DNA from: Oscillospiraceae bacterium
GTDB lineage: Bacteria > Bacillota > Clostridia > Oscillospirales > Oscillospiraceae
DNA: 64,000 nucleotides
Direction of reading: 5' to 3'
Assembly: GCA_017408525.1 (NCBI GenBank)
Contig: JAFQUN010000108.1
Location: 2,739-66,738, forward strand
The notes beneath the pieces were generated by a model. That model worked only from the letters and a program-made list of their open reading frames with translations. It was not told the origin of the DNA and searched no databases. A program made the translations under genes and the position numbers. Positions 1 to 8,785 of the stretch are shown piece after piece (the stretch's first letter is position 1; each line of letters starts with the position of its first letter).

Positions 1-270
1 GAGGCTGTTTTTTCGCTGAAAGCGACGAAATGATTCTGTAAAGCATGGTGTGCAGACAAGTTGCCTTCCAACAAATCTTCCAACAAACGGCTTAAAACGT
101 CCTAATACAGGGAAAAACTCGATAACGTCAATTGAAAAAAGAAAATCCCGAACCCCTTGCAGAACAAGGGATTCGGGGATATTTCCTAACATGAATGGGT
201 ACGTCATAAAAAGCGAGAGGGCTTTTTGGTAAGGATGAGGTCGGCAGTTCGAATCTGCCCAGCAGCTCCA
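1..270 (+). ncRNA. ssrA: 3' portion of a tmRNA-like RNA, truncated by the window edge, ending in a tRNA-like T-arm, acceptor strand and CCA
   Basis: Positions 243-270 read GGCAG-TTCGAAT-CTGCC followed by CAGCAGC-T-CCA (T-arm, 3' acceptor strand, CCA). No matching 5' acceptor strand or anticodon arm lies within 100 nt upstream, so it is not an ordinary tRNA. A long hairpin at about 146-181 and a strong terminator directly after the CCA fit a tmRNA 3' domain. No convincing tag ORF was recognised. Confidence 0.4.
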
Positions 271-271
271 G

Positions 272-312
272 AAAACACCTGAAATCTTCGGATTTCGGGT
301 GTTTTATTTTGC
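272..312 (+). terminator. Rho-independent terminator after the tRNA-like 3' end
   Basis: ACACCTGAAATC-TTCG-GATTTCGGGTGT stem-loop with one G-U pair, followed by TTTTATTTT. Confidence 0.75.
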
Positions 313-430
313 TCTTGGCAACTTTTTGGTGTGATGCGATTTTTCGCATTTCCGCTGACCACATAGAATACCACAGACAGAACGAAGTGGTGTTCCCGAT
401 GCCATGTCGGGAACACCGCTTTATCGGTGG

Positions 431-790
431 TTATGATTCATTCGCGTTTGTTTTTCTGAGCTGCTCTTTCAAAGACCGCATCGTTCCTGTGATGATCCGA
501 AGCTCGCGGTGCGTGCAGTCGGACAAAAGCCCGGCGGCTTCCCTTTCAAACGCCGCTCTGGAAGTCTCAAGGCTGTCGCACAGAAGATCGTCCACTGTCA
601 CGCCGAGGGCGTTGGCGACCTTGACGATCGTTGGAAGGCTCAGCTTCGTTGCGCCGCGCTCAATGTGTGAGATGTTGGACGGCTCTTGCTCGGAAAGCTC
701 CGCCAGCGTCTGCTGGGTCAGCCCCTGCTCTTTTCTGAAACGGCGAATGCGGACGCCGATCGCGTGATAGTCAAGCTCCATCTCGGTCAC
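431..790 (-). CDS. XRE-family helix-turn-helix transcriptional regulator
   Basis: 119 aa. The N-terminus IGVRIRRFRKEQGLTQQTLAELSEQEPSNISHIERGATKLSLPTIVKVANALGVTVDDLL is a typical HTH_3 pattern. It is divergent from the 888 gene. Confidence 0.85.
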   Translation of the reverse strand: MTEMELDYHAIGVRIRRFRKEQGLTQQTLAELSEQEPSNISHIERGATKLSLPTIVKVANALGVTVDDLLCDSLETSRAAFEREAAGLLSDCTHRELRIITGTMRSLKEQLRKTNANES

Positions 791-822
791 CTCTTTTTTT
801 GATAAAGTTATTGTATGTCCGA

Positions 823-855
823 TTCGGATATGTTAAAATAGACTGCATATCCGAA
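823..855. promoter_or_regulatory. Inverted repeat (candidate operator) in the divergent XRE/M23 promoter region
   Basis: TTCGGATATG (823-832) and CATATCCGAA (846-855) are exact reverse complements. They flank a TAAAAT -10-like hexamer. Confidence 0.3.
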
Positions 856-887
856 AAGGATATATAATAACTTTTTGGGAGGTAAAA

Positions 888-3239
888 ATGAGAGTAAGAA
901 AGCATTTGACAGCTATCGTATTGGTTCTGACCATGGCGATAACGATGGTATCAACAGTCCACGCTGAAGATTTAAAGGCCAATTGTTTTCCGCTGCCGGT
1001 GAAGTCATCTCCATACCTTGTATCTGTTTTATCCTCATACACATGGGGACCTCATTCCAGCTATATCTATACGTGGGGACCTTTAAAAAACCAAAGTGAG
1101 GATGGAAACATCCTTATGGATATAGTGGCACCTGCAAATACCCCGATATACGCGGTAGGGGATGGAAAAGTAATAACGAATACGTTTGGAAGCGAAGGCG
1201 GGAACTATCTCGTTATAGCGCATACGGATGGAACATACTCTTATTATGGGCATATGACCAATCTTTCGCCTTTTTCTGTGGGCACACAGGTCAAAGCGGG
1301 GGATACGGTTGGCTATGTTGGCAAGACGGGAACAGCAACAGGCTATCATTTGCATTTTGAGTGGTCGGGACATGATCCTTATTGCGAATTTGCTGCGCAG
1401 GGATATGTAGCAATTTCCCCAAATTCCGGAGCGAGCAAATATCCACATTCGCACGAGGTCAGCGCCCCTGCAACACCTGCAACCTCTGTTACAGCCACCA
1501 CTATGGGTGCCGATCCTATTATGCAGACGAGTGCAGTCCTTCACGGACGGGTCACATCCTCCGGTATCGGTCTTATCGAGTGCGGTATGCACTTGGGTGA
1601 GTCTCCTAACAATATGACCTTATTTGCCTATGAATTCATCAATGCGGATAGTGCGTCGTGTGATTATGATACCGAAAAATGCGGTCGCCCTCTTGCGCCC
1701 GGAACAACATATTACTATCAAGTTTATGCCAAGGCAAGCGACTATACAATCACATGGGGAGAAATTAGGAGCTTTACGACAGCCTCTTCCGTCACTGCCG
1801 CCACGTTGTCCGCCGATCCTATTACGCAGACGAGTGCGGTCCTTCACGGACAGGTCACATCCTCCGGTATCGGTCTTATCGAGTGCGGTATGCATTTAGG
1901 CGAAGCTCCCGACAGTATGACGCTGTTTGCATACGAATTCATCAATGCAAACAGTGCAGACTGCCGATACGACACTGAAGATTGTGGAAAGATGCTTACG
2001 CCCGGAACAACGTATTATTATCAAGTCTACGCCAAGGCAAGCGACTATACAATCACATGGGGAGAGATCAAGAGCTTTACAACGCTTGCAAGCATCCTTC
2101 CTGACCCACCGACGATCGTTCCGCTGCCCGCGTATCAAATCTCGCTTGACCGAAGCGCGCTTTCACTGAAAGTCGGCGAGGGCGCCGCAATCAGCGCGAC
2201 TGCATCTCCGAGCAGCGCAGCGGTAGAATGGAGCAGCAACGACGCTGTTGTGATAGTAGTAAATGGCAGAGTGGACGCAGTTGGAGTGGGTCACGCGACG
2301 ATCACGGCGACCGTGGGAGATAAAACAGCAAGCTGCACTGTGACGGTGACAACGGCGCAGACTATGCCGACCATCACGACGCAGACGATTCCCAGCGGCA
2401 AAGTCGGCGAGAGTTATCAGGTGATTTTGTCCGCAGGTGGCTCGGCACCGATCAAATGGAGTGTAAGCGCAGGTCTTTTGCCGGAAGGGCTTACCTTGTA
2501 CGAAGCTACCGGCACGATCAGCGGTGTGCCGCAGGGATCTGGTTCTTTCAACTTTGTGATCGCGGCGGAAAACGAGGCGGGAGAGGCAAAAAAAGAGTTC
2601 TCTCTGACGATCAAAGACGAGAAGAAGACACTGGCTGGAAGAGATGTTCATTTTGAGCACATCACCGTCTATTTCCAGGATCAGTTCAGCGATGTTCCCG
2701 CGAACCAGTGGTACACGGAAAATGTCGAGGATGCCTTTGAATTCGGCTTGATGAAGGGTGACAGCGCGACAACATTCAACCCCTACGGTTATGTGACGAT
2801 CGCCGAGGCGGTAACGATGGCATCGCGCATCCACAGCATCTACACGACTGGAACGGAAAACTTCATACAAAGTAGCGGCAAGTGGTATCAGGTGTATTTG
2901 GACTATGCCCGTGCGAATGGGATCATCGGCAAGGACTACTACAACTGTGATGCCACACAGAAGGCAACACGGGCGCAGTTTGCAGAAATTTTTGCGAACA
3001 GCCTACCGGATGAGGCGCTTTCACAGATCAACACCGTTGCGGACAATGCAATTCCCGATGTGAAAATGTCGGCGAGTTATGCCGAGTTCGTGTACGAGCT
3101 TTATCGTGCGGGTATTTTGACCGGCAGTGATGCCAACGGCACGTTTAGTCCACAAACCTATATCACCCGTGCAGAGACGGCGGCGATCGTCTCCCGCATG
3201 GCTGAGTCGAACAACCGCGTGGTGTTTTCGATGATGTGA
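888..3239 (+). CDS. Secreted multidomain cell-wall protein: M23 (LytM) peptidase, two 101-aa repeat domains, Big_2-like Ig domain, putative Ig domain and C-terminal SLH repeats
   Basis: 783 aa with an N-terminal signal-like TM segment. Contains the M23 metal motif region GKTGTATGYHLHFEW. Two near-identical 101-aa modules end in GTTYYYQVYAKASDYTITWGEI(R/K)SFTT. A Big_2-like segment (LSLKVGEGAAISATASP...TITATVGDKTASCTVTV) is present. SLH-like repeats (FSDVPANQWYTENVEDAFEFGLMKG...) lie at the C-terminus. GGGAGG RBS upstream. Confidence 0.85.
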   Translation: MRVRKHLTAIVLVLTMAITMVSTVHAEDLKANCFPLPVKSSPYLVSVLSSYTWGPHSSYIYTWGPLKNQSEDGNILMDIVAPANTPIYAVGDGKVITNTFGSEGGNYLVIAHTDGTYSYYGHMTNLSPFSVGTQVKAGDTVGYVGKTGTATGYHLHFEWSGHDPYCEFAAQGYVAISPNSGASKYPHSHEVSAPATPATSVTATTMGADPIMQTSAVLHGRVTSSGIGLIECGMHLGESPNNMTLFAYEFINADSASCDYDTEKCGRPLAPGTTYYYQVYAKASDYTITWGEIRSFTTASSVTAATLSADPITQTSAVLHGQVTSSGIGLIECGMHLGEAPDSMTLFAYEFINANSADCRYDTEDCGKMLTPGTTYYYQVYAKASDYTITWGEIKSFTTLASILPDPPTIVPLPAYQISLDRSALSLKVGEGAAISATASPSSAAVEWSSNDAVVIVVNGRVDAVGVGHATITATVGDKTASCTVTVTTAQTMPTITTQTIPSGKVGESYQVILSAGGSAPIKWSVSAGLLPEGLTLYEATGTISGVPQGSGSFNFVIAAENEAGEAKKEFSLTIKDEKKTLAGRDVHFEHITVYFQDQFSDVPANQWYTENVEDAFEFGLMKGDSATTFNPYGYVTIAEAVTMASRIHSIYTTGTENFIQSSGKWYQVYLDYARANGIIGKDYYNCDATQKATRAQFAEIFANSLPDEALSQINTVADNAIPDVKMSASYAEFVYELYRAGILTGSDANGTFSPQTYITRAETAAIVSRMAESNNRVVFSMM
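1488..2093 (+). repeat. Tandem in-frame duplication (2 x 303 nt) inside the M23/SLH gene
   Basis: 1488-1790 and 1791-2093 align codon for codon with long identical nucleotide runs, e.g. CCTCCGGTATCGGTCTTATCGAGTGCGGTATGCA. Confidence 0.9.
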
Positions 3240-3298
3240 GCGGATACGCTTACGCGAAGTTCATTGAGCTTCGGTGAGAAGCTCTGCGAGACTTTTTA
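3240..3298 (-). repeat. Partial, looser copy of the dispersed intergenic repeat family (see 33011-33120 and 37225-37324)
   Basis: The reverse complement reads AAAAGTCTCGCAGAGCTT...CTTCGCGTAAGCG. This matches AAAAGCCTCGCAGAGTTTCGCGTGCAAGCG at 37243-37270 and CGTAAGCG at 33058-33065. Confidence 0.4.
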
Positions 3299-3300
3299 AC

Positions 3301-3337
3301 AAAAGGACAGGATGGCACTGCCGTCCTGTCCTTTTGT
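3301..3337 (+). terminator. Rho-independent terminator of the M23/SLH gene
   Basis: AAAAGGACAGGATGG-CACT-GCCGTCCTGTCCTTTTGT hairpin with a T-run. Confidence 0.7.
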
Positions 3338-3416
3338 CATTCCTTTCGCTTGTCAAAATACACTGATGTGCGGTAAAATAGCGTGAGGGCGTATTAAAAG
3401 CGGAGGGGGTGCGCGG

Positions 3417-5159
3417 ATGAAAAATGCTTTCAAAAATATGGTCTTTTGGAAAAAGCTGGTGCTGGTCAGTGTGACGCCGCTTTTGATCATCAGCATCATG
3501 ATCGGCTATCTTTCCTATGATCGGGCGAATACGGTCGTTCGAGAATCAACAAAAAAGAGCCTTGCCGATGCGCTCAACCGCATTGATATCAGCCTGAGCG
3601 TGCGTGTGCGCCAGCTTGAAAAGACGACGCAGGTCCTCGCCTCCGGCATTTCGGGCGCGCTGGAGACTGTGCAGGTCGGAGCAGAGGAGGAGCGGCTCGT
3701 CGCGCTTTGCCGTGGGCTTGTTGAGCCTTTTGGAGAGGTGAGCGCGGCGGCGATCGTTCTTGGAGAGGGGAGGGTCTATGCAAGCGAGGAAAAGCTTACC
3801 ACAGACCCGACGATGCTCCCGGCCCTCTGCGCGGCGGCGGCAATGCAGCCTGAGAAAACGCAGTGGTCCGGTCAGACGCGGAGCATTTTCCTTGAGCGGC
3901 AAAAAGGTGCGCTCCCCATGCAGGTGTTTCGTGCCATCTGCGGCGCGGATGGCGAGATACTCGGCACGCTCATTTTGGAGGTCGACAGAAGGCAGGTCGC
4001 AAATGCCGTCTTGATGGATCAGGAGGTCATCCCACGCCAGCGGAGCTTTCTTGTCGGGCGTGACAGAAAGATCATTTACAGCGACGGCATGGTGACAGGC
4101 GAGCTGGCGAAAACCGCAATGGAGCAGTATCAAAGCGGGCGGCGGCGCTTCAACGCTTCGGCGGATGGAAAGGACTATTTTTGCTGCGCGCAGTATAACG
4201 CGATGACGGGCTGGGTCTCCTTTTCGGCGGTCGAGGAGGAGATGCTCTTTTCCGAGAGCGGCTCGCTGCGGCGGTACGTCGGCATTCTGGTGCTGTGCTG
4301 CGCTGCGGTCGCTGTGCTTTTGCAGATGGCGCTCTCGCGTATGATCACGCTCCCGCTGCTGCGGCTCAAAGAGGGGATGCACCAGGTGCAGGAGAGCAAC
4401 TTTGAGGTGCAGCTTGAAAACGATCGGCGTGATGAGATCGGGGAGCTGACGGACAGCTTTAACTATATGGTCGATCAGATCCGCACACTCATCAACCGCG
4501 TATACCGCGAGCAGCTTGCGCAAAAGAACGCCGAGATCGAGTCGCTGCAGGCGCAGATCAATCCGCATTTTTTGTATAACGCGCTCGACTCGGTCAACTG
4601 GATGCTCATTGAGCGGGGGCAGACAGACATCAGCAGTATCGTTGTGGCAATGGCAAAGCTCATGCAGTACAGTATGAACACCGGTGCTTCGATGGTGACG
4701 CTGCATGAGGAGTACGACAACGCGCGGAACTATCTGATGGTGCAGAAAAACAGGCTGGAAGATCAGCTCGAGTATGAGCTGGAGCTGGATGCGGCGTATG
4801 AAAATTTCCATGTGCCGAAGCTTATTTTGCAGCCGCTTGTTGAAAACTCCATCAAGCATGGCGTGGTGGGCTCGCCGCATCCCTGTACGGTGCGGGTCAA
4901 GACCGTTTGCAGCGACGAATATATCTGCATCACCGTCAGCGACAACGGCGTGGGCATGGATGGGGAGAAGCTTGCAAGATACCGCAGGCTCCTCGCCGGT
5001 ACGGAGGAGGAGCGGCGCGGCATCGGCATCCGCAATGTCGCGCGGCGGCTGCAGCTCCATTTTGACGGTGCGTGTGAATTTTCGGTGGAGAGCAGCCCTG
5101 ACACGGGAACGGCGCTTTGTCTGCGCATCCCGGTCACGACGAGGGAGATGAGAGAATGA
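3417..5159 (+). CDS. Sensor histidine kinase, YesM/LytS-type (two TM segments, HAMP, His_kinase, HATPase_c)
   Basis: 580 aa. HAMP-like LPLLRLKEGMHQV...DEIGELTDSFNYMV. The QINPHFLYNALDSVNWM box is typical of this kinase family. The C-terminal ATPase carries DNGVGM and GIGIRNV motifs. Confidence 0.85.
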   Translation: MKNAFKNMVFWKKLVLVSVTPLLIISIMIGYLSYDRANTVVRESTKKSLADALNRIDISLSVRVRQLEKTTQVLASGISGALETVQVGAEEERLVALCRGLVEPFGEVSAAAIVLGEGRVYASEEKLTTDPTMLPALCAAAAMQPEKTQWSGQTRSIFLERQKGALPMQVFRAICGADGEILGTLILEVDRRQVANAVLMDQEVIPRQRSFLVGRDRKIIYSDGMVTGELAKTAMEQYQSGRRRFNASADGKDYFCCAQYNAMTGWVSFSAVEEEMLFSESGSLRRYVGILVLCCAAVAVLLQMALSRMITLPLLRLKEGMHQVQESNFEVQLENDRRDEIGELTDSFNYMVDQIRTLINRVYREQLAQKNAEIESLQAQINPHFLYNALDSVNWMLIERGQTDISSIVVAMAKLMQYSMNTGASMVTLHEEYDNARNYLMVQKNRLEDQLEYELELDAAYENFHVPKLILQPLVENSIKHGVVGSPHPCTVRVKTVCSDEYICITVSDNGVGMDGEKLARYRRLLAGTEEERRGIGIRNVARRLQLHFDGACEFSVESSPDTGTALCLRIPVTTREMRE

Positions 5160-5890
5160 AGATCGTAATTATTGACGATGAGCCGAAGATCCGAAAGGGG
5201 CTTTCAAAGGTCGTTGAGATGCATCCTGCGTGGGAGGTTGCCGGCATGTTTGCCGAGGCGGAAAGTGCGATGGACTTTTTGCGCGAAAACACGGTGGATG
5301 TCATCATTACCGATATCCATATGCCGGGGGTGACGGGACTTGACATGATCGAGCAGATGCGCGAGGTCTGCAAGGGCGTGTCGTTCATCATTCTCAGTGG
5401 GTTTGGCACGTTTGAGTATGCGCAGCGGGCGATCGACCTCGGCGTGAAGAAGTTTTTGACAAAGCCCACCTCGCCCGAAGAGGTCACAAAAACGCTTGCG
5501 CAGATCGAAGAAGAGCGGATCGGAAACGTGCCGTCGACCGTTTCGCAAAAGCCGACAAACAACCTTTTGATCCTGCGCGCAAAGGAGTATATCGACCTGA
5601 ACTATCGTGGGAAGCTGACGCTCAAGGATGTTGCGGCGGCACTCTACATTTCGCCGAATTATCTTTCCGAGCTTTTCAAGAAGAATACGGGGCTGAAGTT
5701 TTCCGACTATCTGATGGAGGTGCGGCTTGAAAAGTCACGCCAGTATCTGACAGATATCCGCTACAAGGTCGGCGACGTTGCCGAGCTTGTGGGCTTTTCC
5801 GATGCGCGTTATTTTTCAAGCGCCTTTCGCAAAAAGTTCGGCGTGACGCCGCTGGAGTTCCGGCGAAACTACGCCGCCGGCGGCGAATAA
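5156..5890 (+). CDS. Response regulator with AraC-type HTH output (YesN-like)
   Basis: The ATG at 5156 overlaps the kinase stop (ATGA). Receiver domain MKIVIIDDEP...DVIITDIHMPGVTGLD. The C-terminus is AraC-like: LTLKDVAAALYISPNYLSELFKK...FSDARYFSSAFRKKFGVTPLEFR. Confidence 0.9.
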   Translation: MKIVIIDDEPKIRKGLSKVVEMHPAWEVAGMFAEAESAMDFLRENTVDVIITDIHMPGVTGLDMIEQMREVCKGVSFIILSGFGTFEYAQRAIDLGVKKFLTKPTSPEEVTKTLAQIEEERIGNVPSTVSQKPTNNLLILRAKEYIDLNYRGKLTLKDVAAALYISPNYLSELFKKNTGLKFSDYLMEVRLEKSRQYLTDIRYKVGDVAELVGFSDARYFSSAFRKKFGVTPLEFRRNYAAGGE

Positions 5891-6085
5891 ACGGGGACAA
5901 AAACGGGAAGAGGCGGAAAGGACTCGGCAAAAGGCATAGTTTGTCAAAGCGTGTTGAACGATTTGTGTGGTATTTTCGACAAAACCGTAGCTTTCTCGCG
6001 TTGACGGAGGCGGGGGGGAATTGATACAATTCTGTTGCGGTCACCGAAAAGGTGAAAAGTATCATACGAAAATGGAGGAAACGTT

Positions 6086-7129
6086 ATGAAAAAGTTTTTG
6101 TCTCTCATTTTGACCCTTGCTATGACGCTCGCGCTTCTGACCGCCTGCGGCGGCGGTGGCGATGCAGGTACCACGACTCCCGATGCCGGCGGCGATGCTG
6201 CTACCGGTGAAAAGACCGCTGCGGATGTCAAGATCGTTCTCCTTCTCCCCGGCGAGATCAACGACCAGGGCTGGAACGCTTCCAACTATGCCGGCGTTGT
6301 CGCCTGCAACGAGAAGCTCGGCACCAGCATGGAGTACGTTGAAGCAGTTCAGGAAGCTGACTTCGAGTCCACCTTCCGTGAGTACGCAGAGCGCGGCTAT
6401 GATATCATCATGGCAGCCGGCTCCCAGTTTGACGAGGCTGCTTCCAGCGTTGCTGCGAGCTATCCCAACACCCTCTTCATGGTCGTCAACGGCTCCAAGG
6501 CCGATGCTGCCAACCTCTGCCCCCTGTTCCCGAAGGAATATGAGGCTTCCTACCTCGCAGCCGTTATCGCCGGTTACCTCACCGAAAGCGGCAAGTTTGG
6601 TCTGATCGGCGGCGACCCCAACCAGGCGATGAAGGACCTCATGGCTGTTTACGGCAAGACTGCTGTTAAGATCGCGCAGGAGCGCGGCATTGCGGATGCT
6701 TCCTATGACCTCGCCTATGCCAACAGCTGGAGCGATATCGCTCTTGGCAAGCAGATGTCCGAAAACATGATCGATGCCGGTGCTGACGTGATGTTCGTCT
6801 ACGCCAACGAGCTCGGTCTCGGCGTTATCGACGGCGCTGTTGAAAAGGGTGCCAAGGTCGTCGGCTATTCCTCCGACCAGACCACCATCGATCCCGCAAC
6901 GGTCGTCGCTTCCATCGACTTTGACTATGCTACCATGTACGTTTGGGCGATCAACGAGTGGCTCGGCGGCAACCTCAAGGGCAACCAGATGGTCGAAGTC
7001 GGCGTTCCCGAAGGCATCTACTTCCCCGTTTACACCGAAAACTGCCCCGCAGAGGCAAAGGCTGCCTGCGATGAGGCTGTGAAGGCTCTCCAGGACGGCT
7101 CCGTTGACCTCAAGGCTCTGTTTGACTAA
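6086..7129 (+). CDS. BMP-family (Med/PnrA-like) ABC substrate-binding lipoprotein
   Basis: 347 aa. Lipobox LLTAC|GGGG. Matches the BMP family pattern (KIVLLLPGEINDQGWNASNYAGV). It precedes an ATPase and two permeases of the nucleoside/simple-sugar type. Confidence 0.8.
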   Translation: MKKFLSLILTLAMTLALLTACGGGGDAGTTTPDAGGDAATGEKTAADVKIVLLLPGEINDQGWNASNYAGVVACNEKLGTSMEYVEAVQEADFESTFREYAERGYDIIMAAGSQFDEAASSVAASYPNTLFMVVNGSKADAANLCPLFPKEYEASYLAAVIAGYLTESGKFGLIGGDPNQAMKDLMAVYGKTAVKIAQERGIADASYDLAYANSWSDIALGKQMSENMIDAGADVMFVYANELGLGVIDGAVEKGAKVVGYSSDQTTIDPATVVASIDFDYATMYVWAINEWLGGNLKGNQMVEVGVPEGIYFPVYTENCPAEAKAACDEAVKALQDGSVDLKALFD

Positions 7130-7160
7130 TTCTCTTTTTCTTCTTTTTCTTCTTCCCGAT

Positions 7161-7231
7161 TTGCCTGCGGCGCTGATGCGCCGCAGGCAAAAAACAAAAA
7201 CATCTGCGCCCTCCCCCTTACGGGAGGGCGC
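7161..7231 (+). other. Two GC-rich intercistronic hairpins between the binding-protein gene and the ATPase gene
   Basis: TTGCCTGCGGCGC-TGAT-GCGCCGCAGGCAA (7161-7190) and GCGCCCTCCC-CCTTAC-GGGAGGGCGC (7206-7231). Neither has a clean downstream U-tract on the + strand. Confidence 0.6.
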
Positions 7232-7261
7232 GGTTTATCCAAACGGTTTGGAGGGTGCATT

Positions 7262-8785
7262 ATGGCAGTTCCTGCAGTAGAATTACAAAACGTGACCAAA
7301 TGCTTCGCCAAGGTCGTGGCAAATGCGAACGTTTCGCTGACAGTGGGTGAGGGTGAAGTCGTCGCACTGCTCGGCGAAAACGGTGCCGGCAAGAGCACCA
7401 TTATGAAGATCCTCTACGGTCTGTACGGTCTGGACGAGGGCAAGATCTTCGTTCGCGGCGAGCAGGTCAACATCAAAACGCCCGCAGATGCGATGGCACG
7501 CGGCATCGCGATGATCCAGCAGCATTTTTCCCTTGTCCCCACGCACACGGCGACCGAGAACATTATCCTCGGCAATGTACACGGGCTTCTTTCCATCAAG
7601 GAGCATGAAGAAAAGCTCCGCAAGATCGCGCAGGATTACGGCTTCGAAGTGCCGGTCGACAAGCCCGTTGGGCAGCTTGCCGTCGGTCAGCAGCAAAAGA
7701 TCGAGATCCTCAAGGCGCTTTACATCAACACGAACATTCTCATCATGGACGAGCCTACGGCTGTTTTGACGCCGCAGGAATCGGACAATCTGATGCAATT
7801 TATCAAGAGCTTTACCGCCAAAGGCAACAGTGTCGTCTTCATCACCCACAAGATGAAAGAAGTCATGGAGGTCGCAGACCGCATCGTTGTCATGCGCAAC
7901 GGCGTCGTGGTCGACACGGTCCGCCGTGAGGATACGAACGAAACGGAGCTTGCCCGTCTTATGATCGGACAGGAGATCGTTCCGCCCGTGCGCAAGGAGG
8001 AAGACACCACGCAAAGCCCCACCGTCCTCGAGTTTCGCGGTGTATCGCTGCAGGAGAAGGGCGGCAGCAGACTGCTTGATGATATCACCTTCTCCGTCCA
8101 CGAAGGCGAGGTTTTCGGCATCGCAGGTGTCAGCGGAAACGGTCAGGACGACATCTGTGAAGTCCTCATGGGTCAGAAAGACCCGAACGAGGGCAGCGTT
8201 TACCTTGCGGGTGAGGACATCACCCATGCGAGCATCCGCCACCGCAGCGAGGCGGGCATCGGCTACGTTCCCGTTGACCGCTACCGCGACGGCATGGTGA
8301 TGGACATGACGCTTTCGGAAAATGTCTTTTTGAAGTGGTGCTACGATAAGGAGTGGCTCAACCGCGGATTTATCCGCCAGAAGAAGCTCAACGCCTACAC
8401 CGATGCGCTGATCGAAAAGCACCGCGTCAAGGCGACCGGCTGGGGCGATATCGCGGGCGGGCTTTCCGGCGGCAACCAGCAAAAGGTCGTGCTGGGGCGT
8501 GAGGTCGACGTTGGCAGCAAGCTTCTCGTTTTCAACCAGCCCACGCGCGGACTGGATATGGGCGCGGTCGACCGCATCCATCACGTTATTATGGGCGAGA
8601 AGGAGAAGGGCAAGGGCGTTCTTCTCATCTCGACCGAGCTTTCCGAGATTTTTGAGATGTGTGACCGCATCGCAGTCATGCACAACGGAAGATTTATGGG
8701 AATTTACAAAAATGGTGAGCTTACCACAGAGCGCATCGGTCTTTTGATGGCAGGTGTGAGGGAGGAAGGCGGTGCGGCACAATGA
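7262..8785 (+). CDS. ABC transporter ATP-binding protein with duplicated ATPase domains (RbsA/NupA-like)
   Basis: 507 aa. Walker A GENGAGKST, signature-like LAVGQQQKIEILKAL and LSGGNQQKVVLGRE, Walker B ILIMDEPT and LVFNQPTRGLD. Confidence 0.9.
   Translation: MAVPAVELQNVTKCFAKVVANANVSLTVGEGEVVALLGENGAGKSTIMKILYGLYGLDEGKIFVRGEQVNIKTPADAMARGIAMIQQHFSLVPTHTATENIILGNVHGLLSIKEHEEKLRKIAQDYGFEVPVDKPVGQLAVGQQQKIEILKALYINTNILIMDEPTAVLTPQESDNLMQFIKSFTAKGNSVVFITHKMKEVMEVADRIVVMRNGVVVDTVRREDTNETELARLMIGQEIVPPVRKEEDTTQSPTVLEFRGVSLQEKGGSRLLDDITFSVHEGEVFGIAGVSGNGQDDICEVLMGQKDPNEGSVYLAGEDITHASIRHRSEAGIGYVPVDRYRDGMVMDMTLSENVFLKWCYDKEWLNRGFIRQKKLNAYTDALIEKHRVKATGWGDIAGGLSGGNQQKVVLGREVDVGSKLLVFNQPTRGLDMGAVDRIHHVIMGEKEKGKGVLLISTELSEIFEMCDRIAVMHNGRFMGIYKNGELTTERIGLLMAGVREEGGAAQ

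Noticed and set aside
228-270. Possibility that the tRNA-like end is tRNA-Sec or a class II tRNA, which was tempting given the selenium cluster.
   Set aside because: No complementary 5' acceptor strand, D-arm or anticodon arm exists in the ~230 nt upstream. The acceptor length and discriminator do not fit the 8/5 bacterial tRNA-Sec layout with an encoded CCA.
3546-5060. 504-aa ORF antisense to the histidine kinase gene. Similar long antisense ORFs occur at 7283-8782, 9903-10826, 33158-34369, 38848-39861, 39846-40844, 42653-43795, 43961-45094, 46249-47265, 47790-48716, 50581-51744, 53062-54201, 54989-56560 and 60401-61408.
   Set aside because: Their translations are Arg/Ala/Gly/His-rich and low in complexity, and they have no recognisable motifs or RBS. 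They lie exactly opposite genes with strong family signatures. This is the typical stop-codon-poor antisense frame of high-G+C DNA.
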